Assembly (NCBI GenBank): GCA_017935265.1
Contig: JAGBHX010000062.1
Coordinates: 306-64,305, forward strand
DNA length: 64,000 nucleotides
Origin: Clostridia bacterium
GTDB taxonomy: Bacteria > Bacillota > Clostridia > Oscillospirales > Acutalibacteraceae
Direction: 5' to 3'
Shown here: piece by piece, positions 27,849 through 37,901 of the stretch
Numbering within the stretch: the first letter of the stretch is position 1
Layout: each line of letters starts with the position of its first letter
Translations under genes and position numbers: made by a program
Notes under the pieces: generated by a model
What the model was told of the DNA's origin: nothing
The model's database searches: none
Seen by the model: only the letters and a program-made list of their open reading frames with translations

Positions 27849-30284
27849 ATGTATTTACCAATGAGTTGGTTAAAAGAAATGGTAGATTTGCAGGGTATTG
27901 ATGCCCAGACTATTGAAGAGAGTCTTTTCTCCTGCGGTCTTGAAGTCGAAGAAAGAAAACCTGTTGCCCCCGATGTAAGCGGAATCAAGGTAGGCGTTAT
28001 AAAGGAAATCACTCCTCACCCCGATTCAGACCATATGGTAATCTGCATTGTGGACTGCGGTGAATTCGGCACAGACATTCAGATTGTTACAGGTGCTTCA
28101 AACGTTAATGTCGGTGACCATGTGCCTGTTGCTCTCCCCGGTGCAACAGTATATGCCCGCAAAAAGGGTGACGACAACGGCGCATATGAGGTTATGACAA
28201 TCAAAAAAGGCAAGCTTCGCGGTGTTGAATCCGATGGTATGCTTTGCTCAGGCGAAGAGCTTGGTATTGATGATGACTGGTATGACGGCGCTTCAGTTTA
28301 CGGCATTATGATGCTCGGCGAAGACGCACTTCCCGGTATGGATGTTAAGGAATATCTCCAGCTTGATGACGAGGTTATGGATATTTCCGTAACAGCCAAC
28401 CTTCCCCATTGCCAGTATGTTTACGGTGTTGCAAGAGAGCTTGCAGCTCTTCTTAACAGAAAGCTCAATGCTCCCGATTTCACTTATAATGCAAAGGAAG
28501 AAGCCAACAACAATAACATCACTGTTGAGGTTAAGGCTCCCGACCTTTGCCCCAGATACGTTGCCCATTATGTAAAGGACGTTAAGATTGAGCGTTCACC
28601 CTTGTGGATGCGCCGCCGTCTTAAAATGTGCGGCATCAACTCAATCAGCACTTTTGTTGACATCACAAACTACGTTCTTGTTGAAATGGGTCAGCCTATG
28701 CACGCCTTTGATATGGCAAATGTAGCAGGCGAAAAAATTGTTGTAAGACGCGCAGAAAACGGCGAAAAAATCGTAACTCTCGATGAAAAAGAATTTACCC
28801 TCAACTCAGAAAACCTTGTTATTTGTGACGGTGAAAAGGCTGTTGCACTTGCAGGTATTATGGGCGGTCTCAATTCAGAAATCAAAGACACAACAAAAAA
28901 TGTTCTCTTTGAATCTGCCAAGTTTGAAAGAGGTAATATCCGCCGTTCATCAAGAGCTCTCGGCCAGAGCAGTGATTCATCACACCGCTTTGAAAAGGGC
29001 GTTGACGAGTTCACAACAGGTCTTGCTATGGACAGAGCCTTGCATCTTGTTGAAGAGCTCGGCTGCGGAACGGTTTCTGCCACTCATATTGATGCTGATG
29101 CAAACCCCGAAAGAGAAAATCAGAAGGTTGTAACAACATTCAGCGCAGTAAACTCTGTTCTTGGTATTGAAGTTCCCACAGAAACAATTGTTGACATTCT
29201 TTCCCGTCAGAATTATACACTTGAAGTTGACGGCGATAACCTCATGGCCATTGCCCCTGCCTACAGAACCGATATTGAAGGTACTGCCGCAGATTTGGCA
29301 GAGGATGTTATCAAGGTTTACGGCTACGACAATATTGTGCCCAAGTTTATGACAAATGCCGTAATCACAAGCGGCGGTCTCAACAAAAAGCAGAAGGCTC
29401 TCAACAAATTTAAAGAGTGCCTTGTCGCCCAGGGCTTCAATGAGCTTATCAACTATTCTTTCTATTCTCCCGCCGAGCTTGATTTGCTCAGACTTCCCGA
29501 GGATGCTCCTGAAAGAAATTACGTTAAAATCAGCAACCCCTTGAGCGAAAATTATTCAATTATGCGCTCAATGCTTACTCCCTCTGTTGTTAAAATTGTG
29601 GCTCACAATATGAAGAGAGGCAACGAGGCTGCAAGAGTGTTTGAAATTGCAAACGTTTTCATTCCCAATGAACAGCCTGTTACCACAATCCCCACCGAAA
29701 ATCAGCGTTTTGCTTTTGGTCTTTACGGTGATGACGAGGATTTCTTCACAGCCAAGGGTATGCTTGATGCTGTTGCAGAGGATTTTGGTGTAAGCTTCAC
29801 TTATGAAAAAGAAACAAAAACCTTCCTTCATCCCGGTGTTAGTGCCGCTGTTAAGTGCAACGGCAAAAAAATCGGCTTCCTGGGTCAGCTTTCTTATGAG
29901 GTTGCAGAGGATGCAGAAATCACCAAAAAATGCTACTTCGGTGAAATTGATTACGATGCACTTATGAAGCTCAGTGAAGAAAGCTGTAAATACGTTCCCG
30001 TTTCACCCTTCAGAAGTGTTAAGCGTGACCTTGCTCTTGTGGCAGAGGAGGCAACCACCTGCGGCGAAATTGAAGCAGTTATCCGCGATGCCTGCAAGGC
30101 TGTTACCGACATCAGGCTTTTCGACGTTTACAGAAGCGAAGCCATCGGTGCAGGCAAAAAGAGTATGGCTTTTGCCATTACCTTTGCGGCAGGCAACACA
30201 GAGCTTATGCCTGAGGATTGCGATAAATATGTCAACAAAATTCTCAAAGCTCTTGAATACAAAATCGGCATAAAATTAAGATAA
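27849..30284 (+). CDS. pheT: Phenylalanine--tRNA ligase beta subunit
   Basis: 811 aa, MYLPMSWLKE N-terminus, tRNA-binding, B3/4, B5 and FDX-ACB domain order; follows pheS. Confidence 0.95.
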   Translation: MYLPMSWLKEMVDLQGIDAQTIEESLFSCGLEVEERKPVAPDVSGIKVGVIKEITPHPDSDHMVICIVDCGEFGTDIQIVTGASNVNVGDHVPVALPGATVYARKKGDDNGAYEVMTIKKGKLRGVESDGMLCSGEELGIDDDWYDGASVYGIMMLGEDALPGMDVKEYLQLDDEVMDISVTANLPHCQYVYGVARELAALLNRKLNAPDFTYNAKEEANNNNITVEVKAPDLCPRYVAHYVKDVKIERSPLWMRRRLKMCGINSISTFVDITNYVLVEMGQPMHAFDMANVAGEKIVVRRAENGEKIVTLDEKEFTLNSENLVICDGEKAVALAGIMGGLNSEIKDTTKNVLFESAKFERGNIRRSSRALGQSSDSSHRFEKGVDEFTTGLAMDRALHLVEELGCGTVSATHIDADANPERENQKVVTTFSAVNSVLGIEVPTETIVDILSRQNYTLEVDGDNLMAIAPAYRTDIEGTAADLAEDVIKVYGYDNIVPKFMTNAVITSGGLNKKQKALNKFKECLVAQGFNELINYSFYSPAELDLLRLPEDAPERNYVKISNPLSENYSIMRSMLTPSVVKIVAHNMKRGNEAARVFEIANVFIPNEQPVTTIPTENQRFAFGLYGDDEDFFTAKGMLDAVAEDFGVSFTYEKETKTFLHPGVSAAVKCNGKKIGFLGQLSYEVAEDAEITKKCYFGEIDYDALMKLSEESCKYVPVSPFRSVKRDLALVAEEATTCGEIEAVIRDACKAVTDIRLFDVYRSEAIGAGKKSMAFAITFAAGNTELMPEDCDKYVNKILKALEYKIGIKLR

Positions 30285-30503
30285 AATCTCTTGTCAGCTC
30301 TTCCTCAGGAGGAGCTGATGTTTTTTATATTTACAAAAGAGAATATAGACAAGAAAGTAAACAATAATTGAACGCTATCACGACATTTGGGGTGTGTTTG
30401 TCGCTTGAAAAAGTGAAGATATATAGTATAATACAATGTATATAAGGGTAATTAGGTAAATTTTACATTTTGCCGATTTTGTATTAAATTAGGAAGTGCA
30501 ATT

Positions 30504-31307
30504 ATGTTTAAAAGAGTTATGTCAGCACTTGTTTTGCTGGTTATCGTTGCCGTTTGTTTTGTTGCTTCTCAGGCTACTGCAATGCTTCTTGTTGCGGCTT
30601 TCGGCCTTTTGAGCTGTCACGAAATGGGCAACGCATTAAAAAAGCTTAACCGCAACATCATCAAGCCTTTGCCGATGCTTTTTATAGCCGTTGCAACGCT
30701 GATGATTTATTTCAAGCTGGATATGCTTTGTCTTGCGGCTTGTGTAGGCTTGATTTTTATTGTTGATTTTGTTGTGTGTATGAAAAACAAAAAACACACC
30801 TCGCAGGATGCTTTGGCAACATTGAGCACTCTTGCTTACCCTTGCCTTCCTTTTGTGGGTGTAATTTATGTTTGCTCACTTCCTGCACCAAACTGGATAG
30901 TAATTTTCTTAACAGGCTTCCTCAGTGCAATCGGATGTGATACCTTTGCACTCTTTGGCGGAATGCTTTTCGGCAAGCACAAGCTTGCGCCTGCTGTCAG
31001 TCCCAACAAAACCATTGAGGGCTCAATTACGGGTACGGTTGTTACCACCGCAATTTGCGCAGGGCTGTGGTTTTTGCTCAGGGAGTATATATGCTATGAG
31101 CTGTGGGCAGTTGTTGTAACAGTTGCCGTTTGCACGGTTGTGGGTCAGATTGGTGACCTTTGTGCGTCGTTTATCAAGCGTGAAGCAGGAATCAAGGATT
31201 TCGGAAATCTCATCCCCGGCCACGGCGGAGCGTTGGACAGAATTGACAGTCTTATGTTTTCTGTGCCCACCGCATACATTCTTTTGACTTTATTTGAACG
31301 TGTCTGA
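30504..31307 (+). CDS. cdsA: Phosphatidate cytidylyltransferase
   Basis: Polytopic membrane protein with CTP-transferase signature SFIKREAGIKDFGNLIPGHGGALDRIDS. Confidence 0.9.
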   Translation: MFKRVMSALVLLVIVAVCFVASQATAMLLVAAFGLLSCHEMGNALKKLNRNIIKPLPMLFIAVATLMIYFKLDMLCLAACVGLIFIVDFVVCMKNKKHTSQDALATLSTLAYPCLPFVGVIYVCSLPAPNWIVIFLTGFLSAIGCDTFALFGGMLFGKHKLAPAVSPNKTIEGSITGTVVTTAICAGLWFLLREYICYELWAVVVTVAVCTVVGQIGDLCASFIKREAGIKDFGNLIPGHGGALDRIDSLMFSVPTAYILLTLFERV

Positions 31308-32353
31308 TGTCAGACAGGAAAGGGAAATATATGGGAAAAATACTTTTGGTTTACAACCCCGTATCGGGTAAGGATTCAGAAAGAAAAGACCCTGACCATA
31401 TCGTGCGGGTCTTTGGGCGACACGGCTTTGAGGTTACCAAAACAGTTACCACTTGCTCAGGTGATGCAACCAGACTTGTTAAAGAAAATCTTGACGGTCA
31501 CGAGGCTGTTATCTGCTGTGGCGGTGACGGCACCTTCAGTGAAACTGTCAACGGTGTTATGGCACTTGGCGAAAAAAAGCCTATTATGTATCTCCCTTCA
31601 GGCTCAACCAACGATTTTGCAGCAACCGTAGGCGCTTCAAGAAGTGTTGAAAAGCAGATTGACCTTTATAAAAAGGGATATTTGAATAACTATGACATCG
31701 GCAAGTTCAACGACAATTATTTTTCATATATTGCATCATTCGGTGTTGCAAGTGACTCAGCATACGTTACCTCACAGAAGTTTAAAAATCTTCTCGGTCA
31801 CACTGCCTACGTTCTTGAATGCTTTGTTTTCAGACTTCCTCATTATATCAAGACTCTCCGTGCTTATAATATGAAAATTGAGTATGACGGCGGTGTTATT
31901 GAAGACGGATTTTATTTCGGCGCTGTGTCCAACACCAACCGCGTCGGCGGATTTTTCGGTTACGACAAGATGGGTATTAAGCTCAATGACGGCGAATTTG
32001 AATGTCTGTTTGTAAGAGGTGTTAAAAGCGTTCCCGATGTGTTCTATCTGGTTAAAAAAATCAGAGACCAGAATTATGACGGCGGTCAGATTATTACCTT
32101 CAAAACAAAGCATCTGAAAATTACCTGCAATGATGAGGTTGCCTGGACTTTTGACGGTGAATACGGCGGAAAGCATACAAATGTTGACATTGACGTTCTT
32201 CCCAGCGCAATCAACATTGTTTCTCCACCGAGTGATTTCTTTGTTACCGACAAAGAGCCCTACGACCTTGAAGGCAAGGTTTTTGATGATGAGCTTAAAA
32301 AGAAAAAGCTTGAGTTCAAAAAAAAGAAAGATGAAGATAAAGTCGCAGAATAA
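31307..32353 (+). CDS. Diacylglycerol/lipid kinase family protein (YegS/DagK-like)
   Basis: NP.SG, GGDGT motifs. An alternative start at ATG 31331 (MGKILLVYNP) has a better RBS. Lys/Glu-rich C-terminal tail. Confidence 0.85.
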   Translation: MSDRKGKYMGKILLVYNPVSGKDSERKDPDHIVRVFGRHGFEVTKTVTTCSGDATRLVKENLDGHEAVICCGGDGTFSETVNGVMALGEKKPIMYLPSGSTNDFAATVGASRSVEKQIDLYKKGYLNNYDIGKFNDNYFSYIASFGVASDSAYVTSQKFKNLLGHTAYVLECFVFRLPHYIKTLRAYNMKIEYDGGVIEDGFYFGAVSNTNRVGGFFGYDKMGIKLNDGEFECLFVRGVKSVPDVFYLVKKIRDQNYDGGQIITFKTKHLKITCNDEVAWTFDGEYGGKHTNVDIDVLPSAINIVSPPSDFFVTDKEPYDLEGKVFDDELKKKKLEFKKKKDEDKVAE

Positions 32354-32419
32354 TCTGCGGCTTTTCTTATTGACGGAAAAAGAACTAAGTGATAAAATAC
32401 TTTGGCAAGGAGTGATTTT

Positions 32420-33691
32420 ATGTACGAACCGTTGGCGCAAAAAATAAGACCGCAAAGCCTTGATGAGGTTGTGGGTCAGAAGCATATTATCGGAGAGGGT
32501 AAGCCGCTTCGCAATATAATTGAATCCGGCGAACTGCCCAACCTTGTTTTTTACGGCCCGTCAGGTGTGGGAAAAACGACTGTAGCCAATATCATAGCAA
32601 AAGCCACCAACCGCAAATTCTGCAAGCTCAACGGCACAACCGCAGGCACGGCAGACATTAAAGCGATTGTTGCTCAGCTTGACACCTTTGAGGCGATTAA
32701 CGGCGTGCTTTTGTACCTTGATGAAATTCAGTATTTCAACAAAAAGCAGCAGCAGACCCTTCTTGAATACATAGAAAGCGGAAAAATCACTCTTATCGCT
32801 TCCACCACAGAAAACCCCTATTTCTACGTTTACAATGCTATTCTCAGCCGTTCAACGGTGTTTGAGTTTAAGGCTGTTGAGCCCGAGGAAATTGAGCTTG
32901 CGGTGAGACGCGCTTTTGATATTTCATCAAAAGAGAGAAACTGCACTATTTCCGTTGATGATGAAACTGTGAAATATATTTCAACAGCCTGCGGCGGTGA
33001 TGTGCGCAAGGCTATGAACGCCGTGGAGCTGTGCGTGCTTTCTACCCGTGAAAAAGACGGTCAGATTTCCATTGACATTGACACCGCCAAACAGCTCACC
33101 CAACGCAGTGCGATGAAATATGATAAAGACGGCGACGAGCATTACGATATAATTTCAGCTTTTCAAAAGTCAATGCGAGGCTCCGATCCCGATGCGGCTG
33201 TCCACTATCTTGCAAGACTTCTTGAAGCGGGGGATTTGCCCTCAGCTTGCCGCAGGCTTCTTGTGTGCGCCTGCGAGGATGTCGGCCTTGCTTATCCGAT
33301 GATTATTCCCATTGTAAAAGCCGCTGTTGATACCGCCCTTATGGTGGGTCTGCCCGAGGCAAGAATACCCTTGGCAGATGCGGTTATTCTGGTGTGTAAT
33401 TCACCCAAATCCACTTCGGGTCACGATGCAATCAACGCTGCAATGGCTGACGTTGCAAAAGGAAAAAGCGGACCTATACCAAGGACTCTGCAAAACAAAC
33501 ACTTTGACGGCGATGATGTCGCCGTTAAGGGACAGTTTTATGAATATCCCCACGCTTACCCCAACCATTGGGTCAAGCAACAGTATCTGCCTGACGTGCT
33601 CAAGGGTGTAAAGTATTACGAGTTTGGTGACAACAAAAACGAGCAGGCGGCAAAAGAATATTGGAAAAGAGTTAAAGGCGAAAATGATTAA
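32420..33691 (+). CDS. rarA: Replication-associated recombination protein A (AAA ATPase)
   Basis: PLAQKIRPQSLDEVVGQ, Walker A GPSGVGKTT, Walker B LYLDEIQ, MgsA C-terminal domain; RBS AAGGAG before ATG 32420. Confidence 0.9.
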   Translation: MYEPLAQKIRPQSLDEVVGQKHIIGEGKPLRNIIESGELPNLVFYGPSGVGKTTVANIIAKATNRKFCKLNGTTAGTADIKAIVAQLDTFEAINGVLLYLDEIQYFNKKQQQTLLEYIESGKITLIASTTENPYFYVYNAILSRSTVFEFKAVEPEEIELAVRRAFDISSKERNCTISVDDETVKYISTACGGDVRKAMNAVELCVLSTREKDGQISIDIDTAKQLTQRSAMKYDKDGDEHYDIISAFQKSMRGSDPDAAVHYLARLLEAGDLPSACRRLLVCACEDVGLAYPMIIPIVKAAVDTALMVGLPEARIPLADAVILVCNSPKSTSGHDAINAAMADVAKGKSGPIPRTLQNKHFDGDDVAVKGQFYEYPHAYPNHWVKQQYLPDVLKGVKYYEFGDNKNEQAAKEYWKRVKGEND

Positions 33692-34472
33692 ACTTATAGC
33701 TTGTGACATAGACGGAACACTGATAAATGACGGCACAAAGCCTGAACGTGAGGAATCTCCGTCACCCGAGGTTATCAAGGTGATAAAGGATTTGAAATCG
33801 GCAGGATATACCTTCTGTATTTCCACCGGCAGGCAGTATCCCGGAGTTAAGTATTTTCTTGGCGAAGATGTTGCTCAAGATGTGATTTTTAACTGCGAAA
33901 ACGGTGCATATGTTATCAGAAATGAAAAGCTGATTTCCCGGGTGGTTCTTGAAAGAAGCGTCGCCAAAGGAATTGTGGAAGATATTCTTAAAACTCCTGA
34001 TGCTCAGCCTATGATTTCAGGTGCGACGGTCTGTTATCTTATTAACCCGACTGAGGAGTTTTATAAAATCGTAACTGAGCATCTGCATAACAGAGCTGTT
34101 GTTGTGGACTGCTTTGACGATATTCCCGAAGAAATTCAAAAAATCGCCATCTGCAAGACTAACGGTGTTGCGGATATTGCCGGGGGCTTTGCTGAGCGTT
34201 GGGGTGACAAGCTAAATGTTGCCGTTGCAGGTGAAATGTGGCTTGATTTTACACTCAGCGATAAAGGAACGGGTATTGAGGCAATTGCAAAAGCCACAGG
34301 AATTAAAAAAAGTGAAATTGCCGCATTTGGCGATAACTATAACGATGTGCCGATGTTCAGAGAGGCAGGGCTTTCTTTTGCAATGAGCATTGCTGCCGAT
34401 GAGGTTAAAGGCCATGCAGACAGGGTGTGCAGAAGCGTGCCCGAAACCTGCAAAGAGCTGTTTTTGAAATGA
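33684..34472 (+). CDS. Cof-type HAD-IIB family hydrolase
   Basis: MIKLIACDIDGTL motif I, STGR motif II, GDNYNDVPM motif IV. Confidence 0.85.
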   Translation: MIKLIACDIDGTLINDGTKPEREESPSPEVIKVIKDLKSAGYTFCISTGRQYPGVKYFLGEDVAQDVIFNCENGAYVIRNEKLISRVVLERSVAKGIVEDILKTPDAQPMISGATVCYLINPTEEFYKIVTEHLHNRAVVVDCFDDIPEEIQKIAICKTNGVADIAGGFAERWGDKLNVAVAGEMWLDFTLSDKGTGIEAIAKATGIKKSEIAAFGDNYNDVPMFREAGLSFAMSIAADEVKGHADRVCRSVPETCKELFLK

Positions 34473-34481
34473 GGGTATAAA

Positions 34482-35180
34482 ATGCAGAAAGAAAATGTTC
34501 ACAGCGGACACAGAAAGAGAATGAGGGAATCTTTTCTTAAAAGGGACTTCAATTCTATGCCCGAACACGAAATTCTTGAAATTTTGCTTTATTATGCTCA
34601 TCCGCGCAATGACACAAATGCCCTTGCCCACAGGCTGATCAATGAGTTCGGCAGTCTTGAAAATGTGCTGTCCGCTCCGTATGAGGAGCTTATAAAAATT
34701 GACGGTGTCGGTGAAAATGCAGCCGTGCTGATGATTTTGTTTTCCCGTCTTGCGGTGCGGTATGTGGCCGCAATTGACAGCGACGATGCGTATAAATCGG
34801 ACGACGAGATTGTTAAAATGGTTGTGGAAAGACTGGTAAATGAGCCAAAGGAAAAGGTTATTGCCGTTTTGCTTGATAAAAAGAAAAAGCTTCTCAACAT
34901 CACAGAGATTTCCACAGGGGGAATTGATGATGCCGCATTCAAGCCGAGAGCCTTGATTGAGCCGATTTTTCGATGCAGTGCAACAAGAGTTATCCTTGCT
35001 CACAATCACCCTCAGGGCTTTGCTGTGCCGTCGTCTGCGGATTGTGATATGACCGCCGATGTGAGGAAAATGCTCAGAACTCTGGAAATTTCTCTTGATG
35101 ACCATATCATTGTAGCGGGCAAGGATTGGTTTTCTATGAAAAACAGCAAGAAATACGCAGATATTTTTTATGAATATTAA
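34482..35180 (+). CDS. radC: RadC-family (JAB/MPN domain) DNA repair protein
   Basis: GHRKRMRE N-terminus, HhH region, JAMM motif ILAHNHPQG..PS..D. Confidence 0.9.
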   Translation: MQKENVHSGHRKRMRESFLKRDFNSMPEHEILEILLYYAHPRNDTNALAHRLINEFGSLENVLSAPYEELIKIDGVGENAAVLMILFSRLAVRYVAAIDSDDAYKSDDEIVKMVVERLVNEPKEKVIAVLLDKKKKLLNITEISTGGIDDAAFKPRALIEPIFRCSATRVILAHNHPQGFAVPSSADCDMTADVRKMLRTLEISLDDHIIVAGKDWFSMKNSKKYADIFYEY

Positions 35181-35238
35181 AAAAACAGTTGACAATTCTG
35201 AATAGTTGTGATATTATACTTTGGTAGTCGAGAGACGA

Positions 35239-35315
35239 GCGCTGCTAGCTCAGTTGGATAGAGTGTTTGGCTACGAACCAAAAGGTCAGGGGTTCGAATC
35301 CCTTGCAGCGCGCCA
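35239..35315 (+). tRNA. tRNA-Arg (anticodon ACG)
   Basis: Hand-folded cloverleaf: acceptor GCGCTGC/GCAGCGC, D arm GCTC..GAGT, anticodon stem TTTGG/CCAAA with loop CTACGAA, T arm AGGGG-TTCGAAT-CCCTT, encoded CCA. Confidence 0.9.
35270..35315 (+). repeat. attL core (46-bp direct repeat, part of the intact tRNA-Arg)
   Basis: GCTACGAACCAAAAGGTCAGGGGTTCGAATCCCTTGCAGCGCGCCA, identical to 43132-43177. Confidence 0.9.
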
Positions 35316-35317
35316 CG

Positions 35318-35356
35318 CCGAAAGTCGTTATTTATCAACGATTTTCGGCTTTTTCT
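35318..35356 (+). terminator. Element-borne terminator behind the regenerated tRNA-Arg
   Basis: GCCGAAA..TTTCGGC stem followed by T5. Confidence 0.6.
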
Positions 35357-35396
35357 TTGCCAAAAACAAGCTCGTGAAATTGCTTAAATTTTGCGT

Positions 35397-35450
35397 TTTG
35401 GTCTTTATTTGGTCTTTATTGCCTCAAAAACTTAATATTTTTGGTCTTTA
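35397..35450 (+). repeat. Three TTTGGTCTTTA direct repeats (candidate integrase arm-type sites, attL arm)
   Basis: Exact 11-mers at 35397, 35408 and 35440; the same 11-mer occurs three times at the other end of the element. Confidence 0.7.
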
Positions 35451-35494
35451 CATAGCAAAAGAGAGGTTCACTTTTTACGGTGTACCTCTCTTTT

Positions 35495-36874
35495 TTATGC
35501 CTGTTTTTTCTTTTTGGCTGTCAGAATGTTTTCAATTTCTTGTGCCGCTATTTCATCAGCCGTTCTGATAGCGTGAGCGTATATTTTCGCGGTGGTTGCA
35601 GGGCTTGCGTGTCCAAGCCTTTTAGAAACGGTGGTTAATGGCGTACCGTTGGCAATCAGCAAGGTCGCGTTTGTGTGCCTGAGGCTGTGCAACGTTACCT
35701 TTGGCAGATTGTTTCTTTCAACAAACTTACTGAACCATGCTGTCAGCGTGTCCGGGTGAATCGGTGTCCCGTCTGCTTTGGTAAATATAAAGCCTGTATT
35801 CTTCCGATAATCACCGAGCTTTAATATTTCCATTGCCTGATGTGTCTTGTACTCGCTCAATATCGTTATAACCGACTGTGGCACCTTCATAGTCCTTTGT
35901 GACGAGCTTGTTTTTGTGTCGCTTTCAAAGGTACCTTTGCCGGAAAGATATTGAATAGTTCGGTCTATTGTCAAAAGATTGTTTTCAAAGTCAATATCAC
36001 ACCATTTAAGCCCCAACACCTCAGCTCGGCGCAAGCCTAACAAAACCAACAGCTTTATTATTGTGCGGTATTTTATATCTTCCTTGTCGAGTAGCGCCAA
36101 AAGGTCAATAGACTGCTCGTCATCAAGTGTTGTCGGCTCTTTGTGCTGTACTTTAGGCGGTTTAACTCTTTCACAAGGGTTAGCGGTTATAATTTGCCAT
36201 TGTACGGCCGTGTGGAGTATCGAAGAAAGCAAAATGTGATGATGTTTTACCGTACGCCCTGATAGCGCGCCTTTGCTGATAGGCTCAAACAGCTTTGAAA
36301 GCGGCATTTTTAACGCTTCGGCAATCTTAACGGCGCTGTTATGTGATATATTATTCCCTTTGGTAACAGAATCGAGCGTGCAAACGCTGACCCCTGCAAG
36401 CTCGGCAAGTTTTACCTTTGTGAGCTGTCGGCTTTTTAAAAGCTCTTTAAAATCGAGCTTGCTTTTGTACTTTGTATCGGCTCTGATACCCTCTTTAGCA
36501 AGCTCGTCATACAAAGCAATGATATGATGTGGCTGAATACGGTCAAGCCTTAAATGTCCTATACCGTCATTTATACGAGGGTATAACGCTTTATATTGAG
36601 CAACTGTTTTCGGCTTGAGCTGTTTTTCTGCGTATTCCTCAAACCATTGCTCGGCAAAATCAGCGAGCTTGATATTGCTGTTTATAAAATGGCCGCTTTT
36701 AACCTTTTCTTCAAACAAGATAGCCTGAGTTTGAACCGCTTTGTCAATCTGCCTTTGTGTCATACCGGGCGCAGGCTTATAAGTCATTGAACGCGTTATC
36801 TGCTTGCCGCTCGCGTCGTAGCCCTCAGATACTCTGATACGGTAAGTATCACCGCGTTTAGTTATTGTCGGCAT
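35495..36874 (-). CDS. int: Tyrosine-type site-specific integrase
   Basis: 459 aa. N-terminal SAM-like/arm-binding region (TYRIRVSEGYDASGKQ). Catalytic residues in RRAE..LKW and HSLRHTNATLL..G......SKRLGHAS...T..IYAH. Adjacent to the tRNA att site. Confidence 0.9.
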   Translation of the reverse strand: MPTITKRGDTYRIRVSEGYDASGKQITRSMTYKPAPGMTQRQIDKAVQTQAILFEEKVKSGHFINSNIKLADFAEQWFEEYAEKQLKPKTVAQYKALYPRINDGIGHLRLDRIQPHHIIALYDELAKEGIRADTKYKSKLDFKELLKSRQLTKVKLAELAGVSVCTLDSVTKGNNISHNSAVKIAEALKMPLSKLFEPISKGALSGRTVKHHHILLSSILHTAVQWQIITANPCERVKPPKVQHKEPTTLDDEQSIDLLALLDKEDIKYRTIIKLLVLLGLRRAEVLGLKWCDIDFENNLLTIDRTIQYLSGKGTFESDTKTSSSQRTMKVPQSVITILSEYKTHQAMEILKLGDYRKNTGFIFTKADGTPIHPDTLTAWFSKFVERNNLPKVTLHSLRHTNATLLIANGTPLTTVSKRLGHASPATTAKIYAHAIRTADEIAAQEIENILTAKKKKQA

Positions 36875-36886
36875 TTTCCTAACTCC

Positions 36887-37555
36887 CTAATTGTCAAAAT
36901 AACGATAAATGTAAAAATGATTGCGCAAAAGTTCGTTGTCTAATTCTTGGTTCCTTGCTTTCTCGTCTTTGGCAAACAAATCAACTAATTCGTCAAATGC
37001 TTCTTGAAGATAGAAAAGGGCTAATTTACTGTTATCTTCTGCTTCGGAAAATCTTTGAGTGGCATTGTCTGAAATTTCATCGTTTTCACTATTTTTCAAA
37101 AATGTTTCCTTAGCCTCAATTGTTTCTTTTAATTTATTTTTGTAGCGTTGAGCAAAACCACATAAATCAAAGCTATAGCGTTGAATAAGCATATTTAAAA
37201 ACTCTTTGGAGATTGGCATCCACTCTGAATTAGATTCAAGAGCTGAATTGTGCAGAGCTTCAACAGCTTTTTCGTTCAATCCCGTATAATCACACACAAA
37301 TTGTGTATCTTTGTCTGTTGTTACATTTTCAGTTCTACCAACTAAGTAATCAAGTGAAACGTTGAAATATTCTGCAAGCCTCAAAAGTTTATCCGCATTT
37401 GGAATTGTTGAACCGTCACAATATTGTGAAACTGCTTGCCTTGATACACCAATTTCATCAGCTAATTGTTGTTTAGAAATGTTTTTTTGCTCTACCAAGT
37501 TGCGCAGGCGAGTAGCGAAAAGGCTTTCGAAGCCCAAAAAGCTTGCAATATCCAT
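36887..37555 (-). CDS. XRE/cI-like repressor with C-terminal helical domain
   Basis: HTH_3 motif QQLADEIGVSRQAVSQYCDG; divergent from a small HTH gene across an operator-rich spacer. Confidence 0.8.
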   Translation of the reverse strand: MDIASFLGFESLFATRLRNLVEQKNISKQQLADEIGVSRQAVSQYCDGSTIPNADKLLRLAEYFNVSLDYLVGRTENVTTDKDTQFVCDYTGLNEKAVEALHNSALESNSEWMPISKEFLNMLIQRYSFDLCGFAQRYKNKLKETIEAKETFLKNSENDEISDNATQRFSEAEDNSKLALFYLQEAFDELVDLFAKDEKARNQELDNELLRNHFYIYRYFDN

Positions 37556-37614
37556 AAAATTACTCCTTTGAACGTTAAATTCACTTGCGTTTTGATATAA
37601 TTAGATAAATTTGC

Positions 37615-37643
37615 TTGACAAAGCTCGTTTTACTTATTAAAAT
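37615..37643 (+). promoter_or_regulatory. Rightward early promoter of the element
   Basis: TTGACA - 17 nt - TAAAAT; followed by inverted repeat ATCATCA-n4-TGATGAT at 37659-37676. Confidence 0.55.
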
Positions 37644-37723
37644 AAAGATGTAAAGCAAATCATCACTATTGATGATGATAGCAAGTATTTTGACAAAAGT
37701 CAATAGAAAAGAGGTAAATTTTT

Positions 37724-37900
37724 ATGAGTAACCAAGAAATCAGAAGAACAGCAAAGGCAAATGATGTACCATTATGGCGAATAGCTGAAAAACTCGGCAT
37801 AAGTGAACCTACTATGTCCCGAAAACTCCGTCACGAGCTTGCAGAGCCTGAAAAGCAGAAGATTTTAGGCATTATTGCCGAGCTTGCTCAGGGTGCTTGA
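37724..37900 (+). CDS. Small Cro-like HTH protein (58 aa; below the cutoff of the supplied ORF track)
   Basis: ATG after AGAGG RBS. Translation MSNQEIRRTAKANDVPLWRIAEKLGISEPTMSRKLRHEL... contains an HTH. Divergent from the repressor. Confidence 0.7.
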   Translation: MSNQEIRRTAKANDVPLWRIAEKLGISEPTMSRKLRHELAEPEKQKILGIIAELAQGA

Positions 37901-37901
37901 T

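Noticed and set aside
34212-35195. 327-aa minus-strand ORF antisense to the Cof hydrolase and radC genes. Similar long antisense ORFs occur at 777-1097, 2230-2823, 13809-14507, 20318-20806, 31772-32485, 33401-33826, 48130-48504, 59713-60261 and 61001-61411.
   Set aside because: Each lies entirely within a gene with strong motif support on the opposite strand or in another frame. They have Cys/His/Phe/Arg/Asn-rich low-quality composition and lack RBS-start geometry, so they are shadow ORFs.
35221-35568. 115-aa plus-strand ORF, and the 85-aa ORF at 42849-43106.
   Set aside because: The first reads straight through the tRNA-Arg gene and the attL arm repeats. The second reads through the attR arm repeats and module B. 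Both are non-coding recombination DNA.
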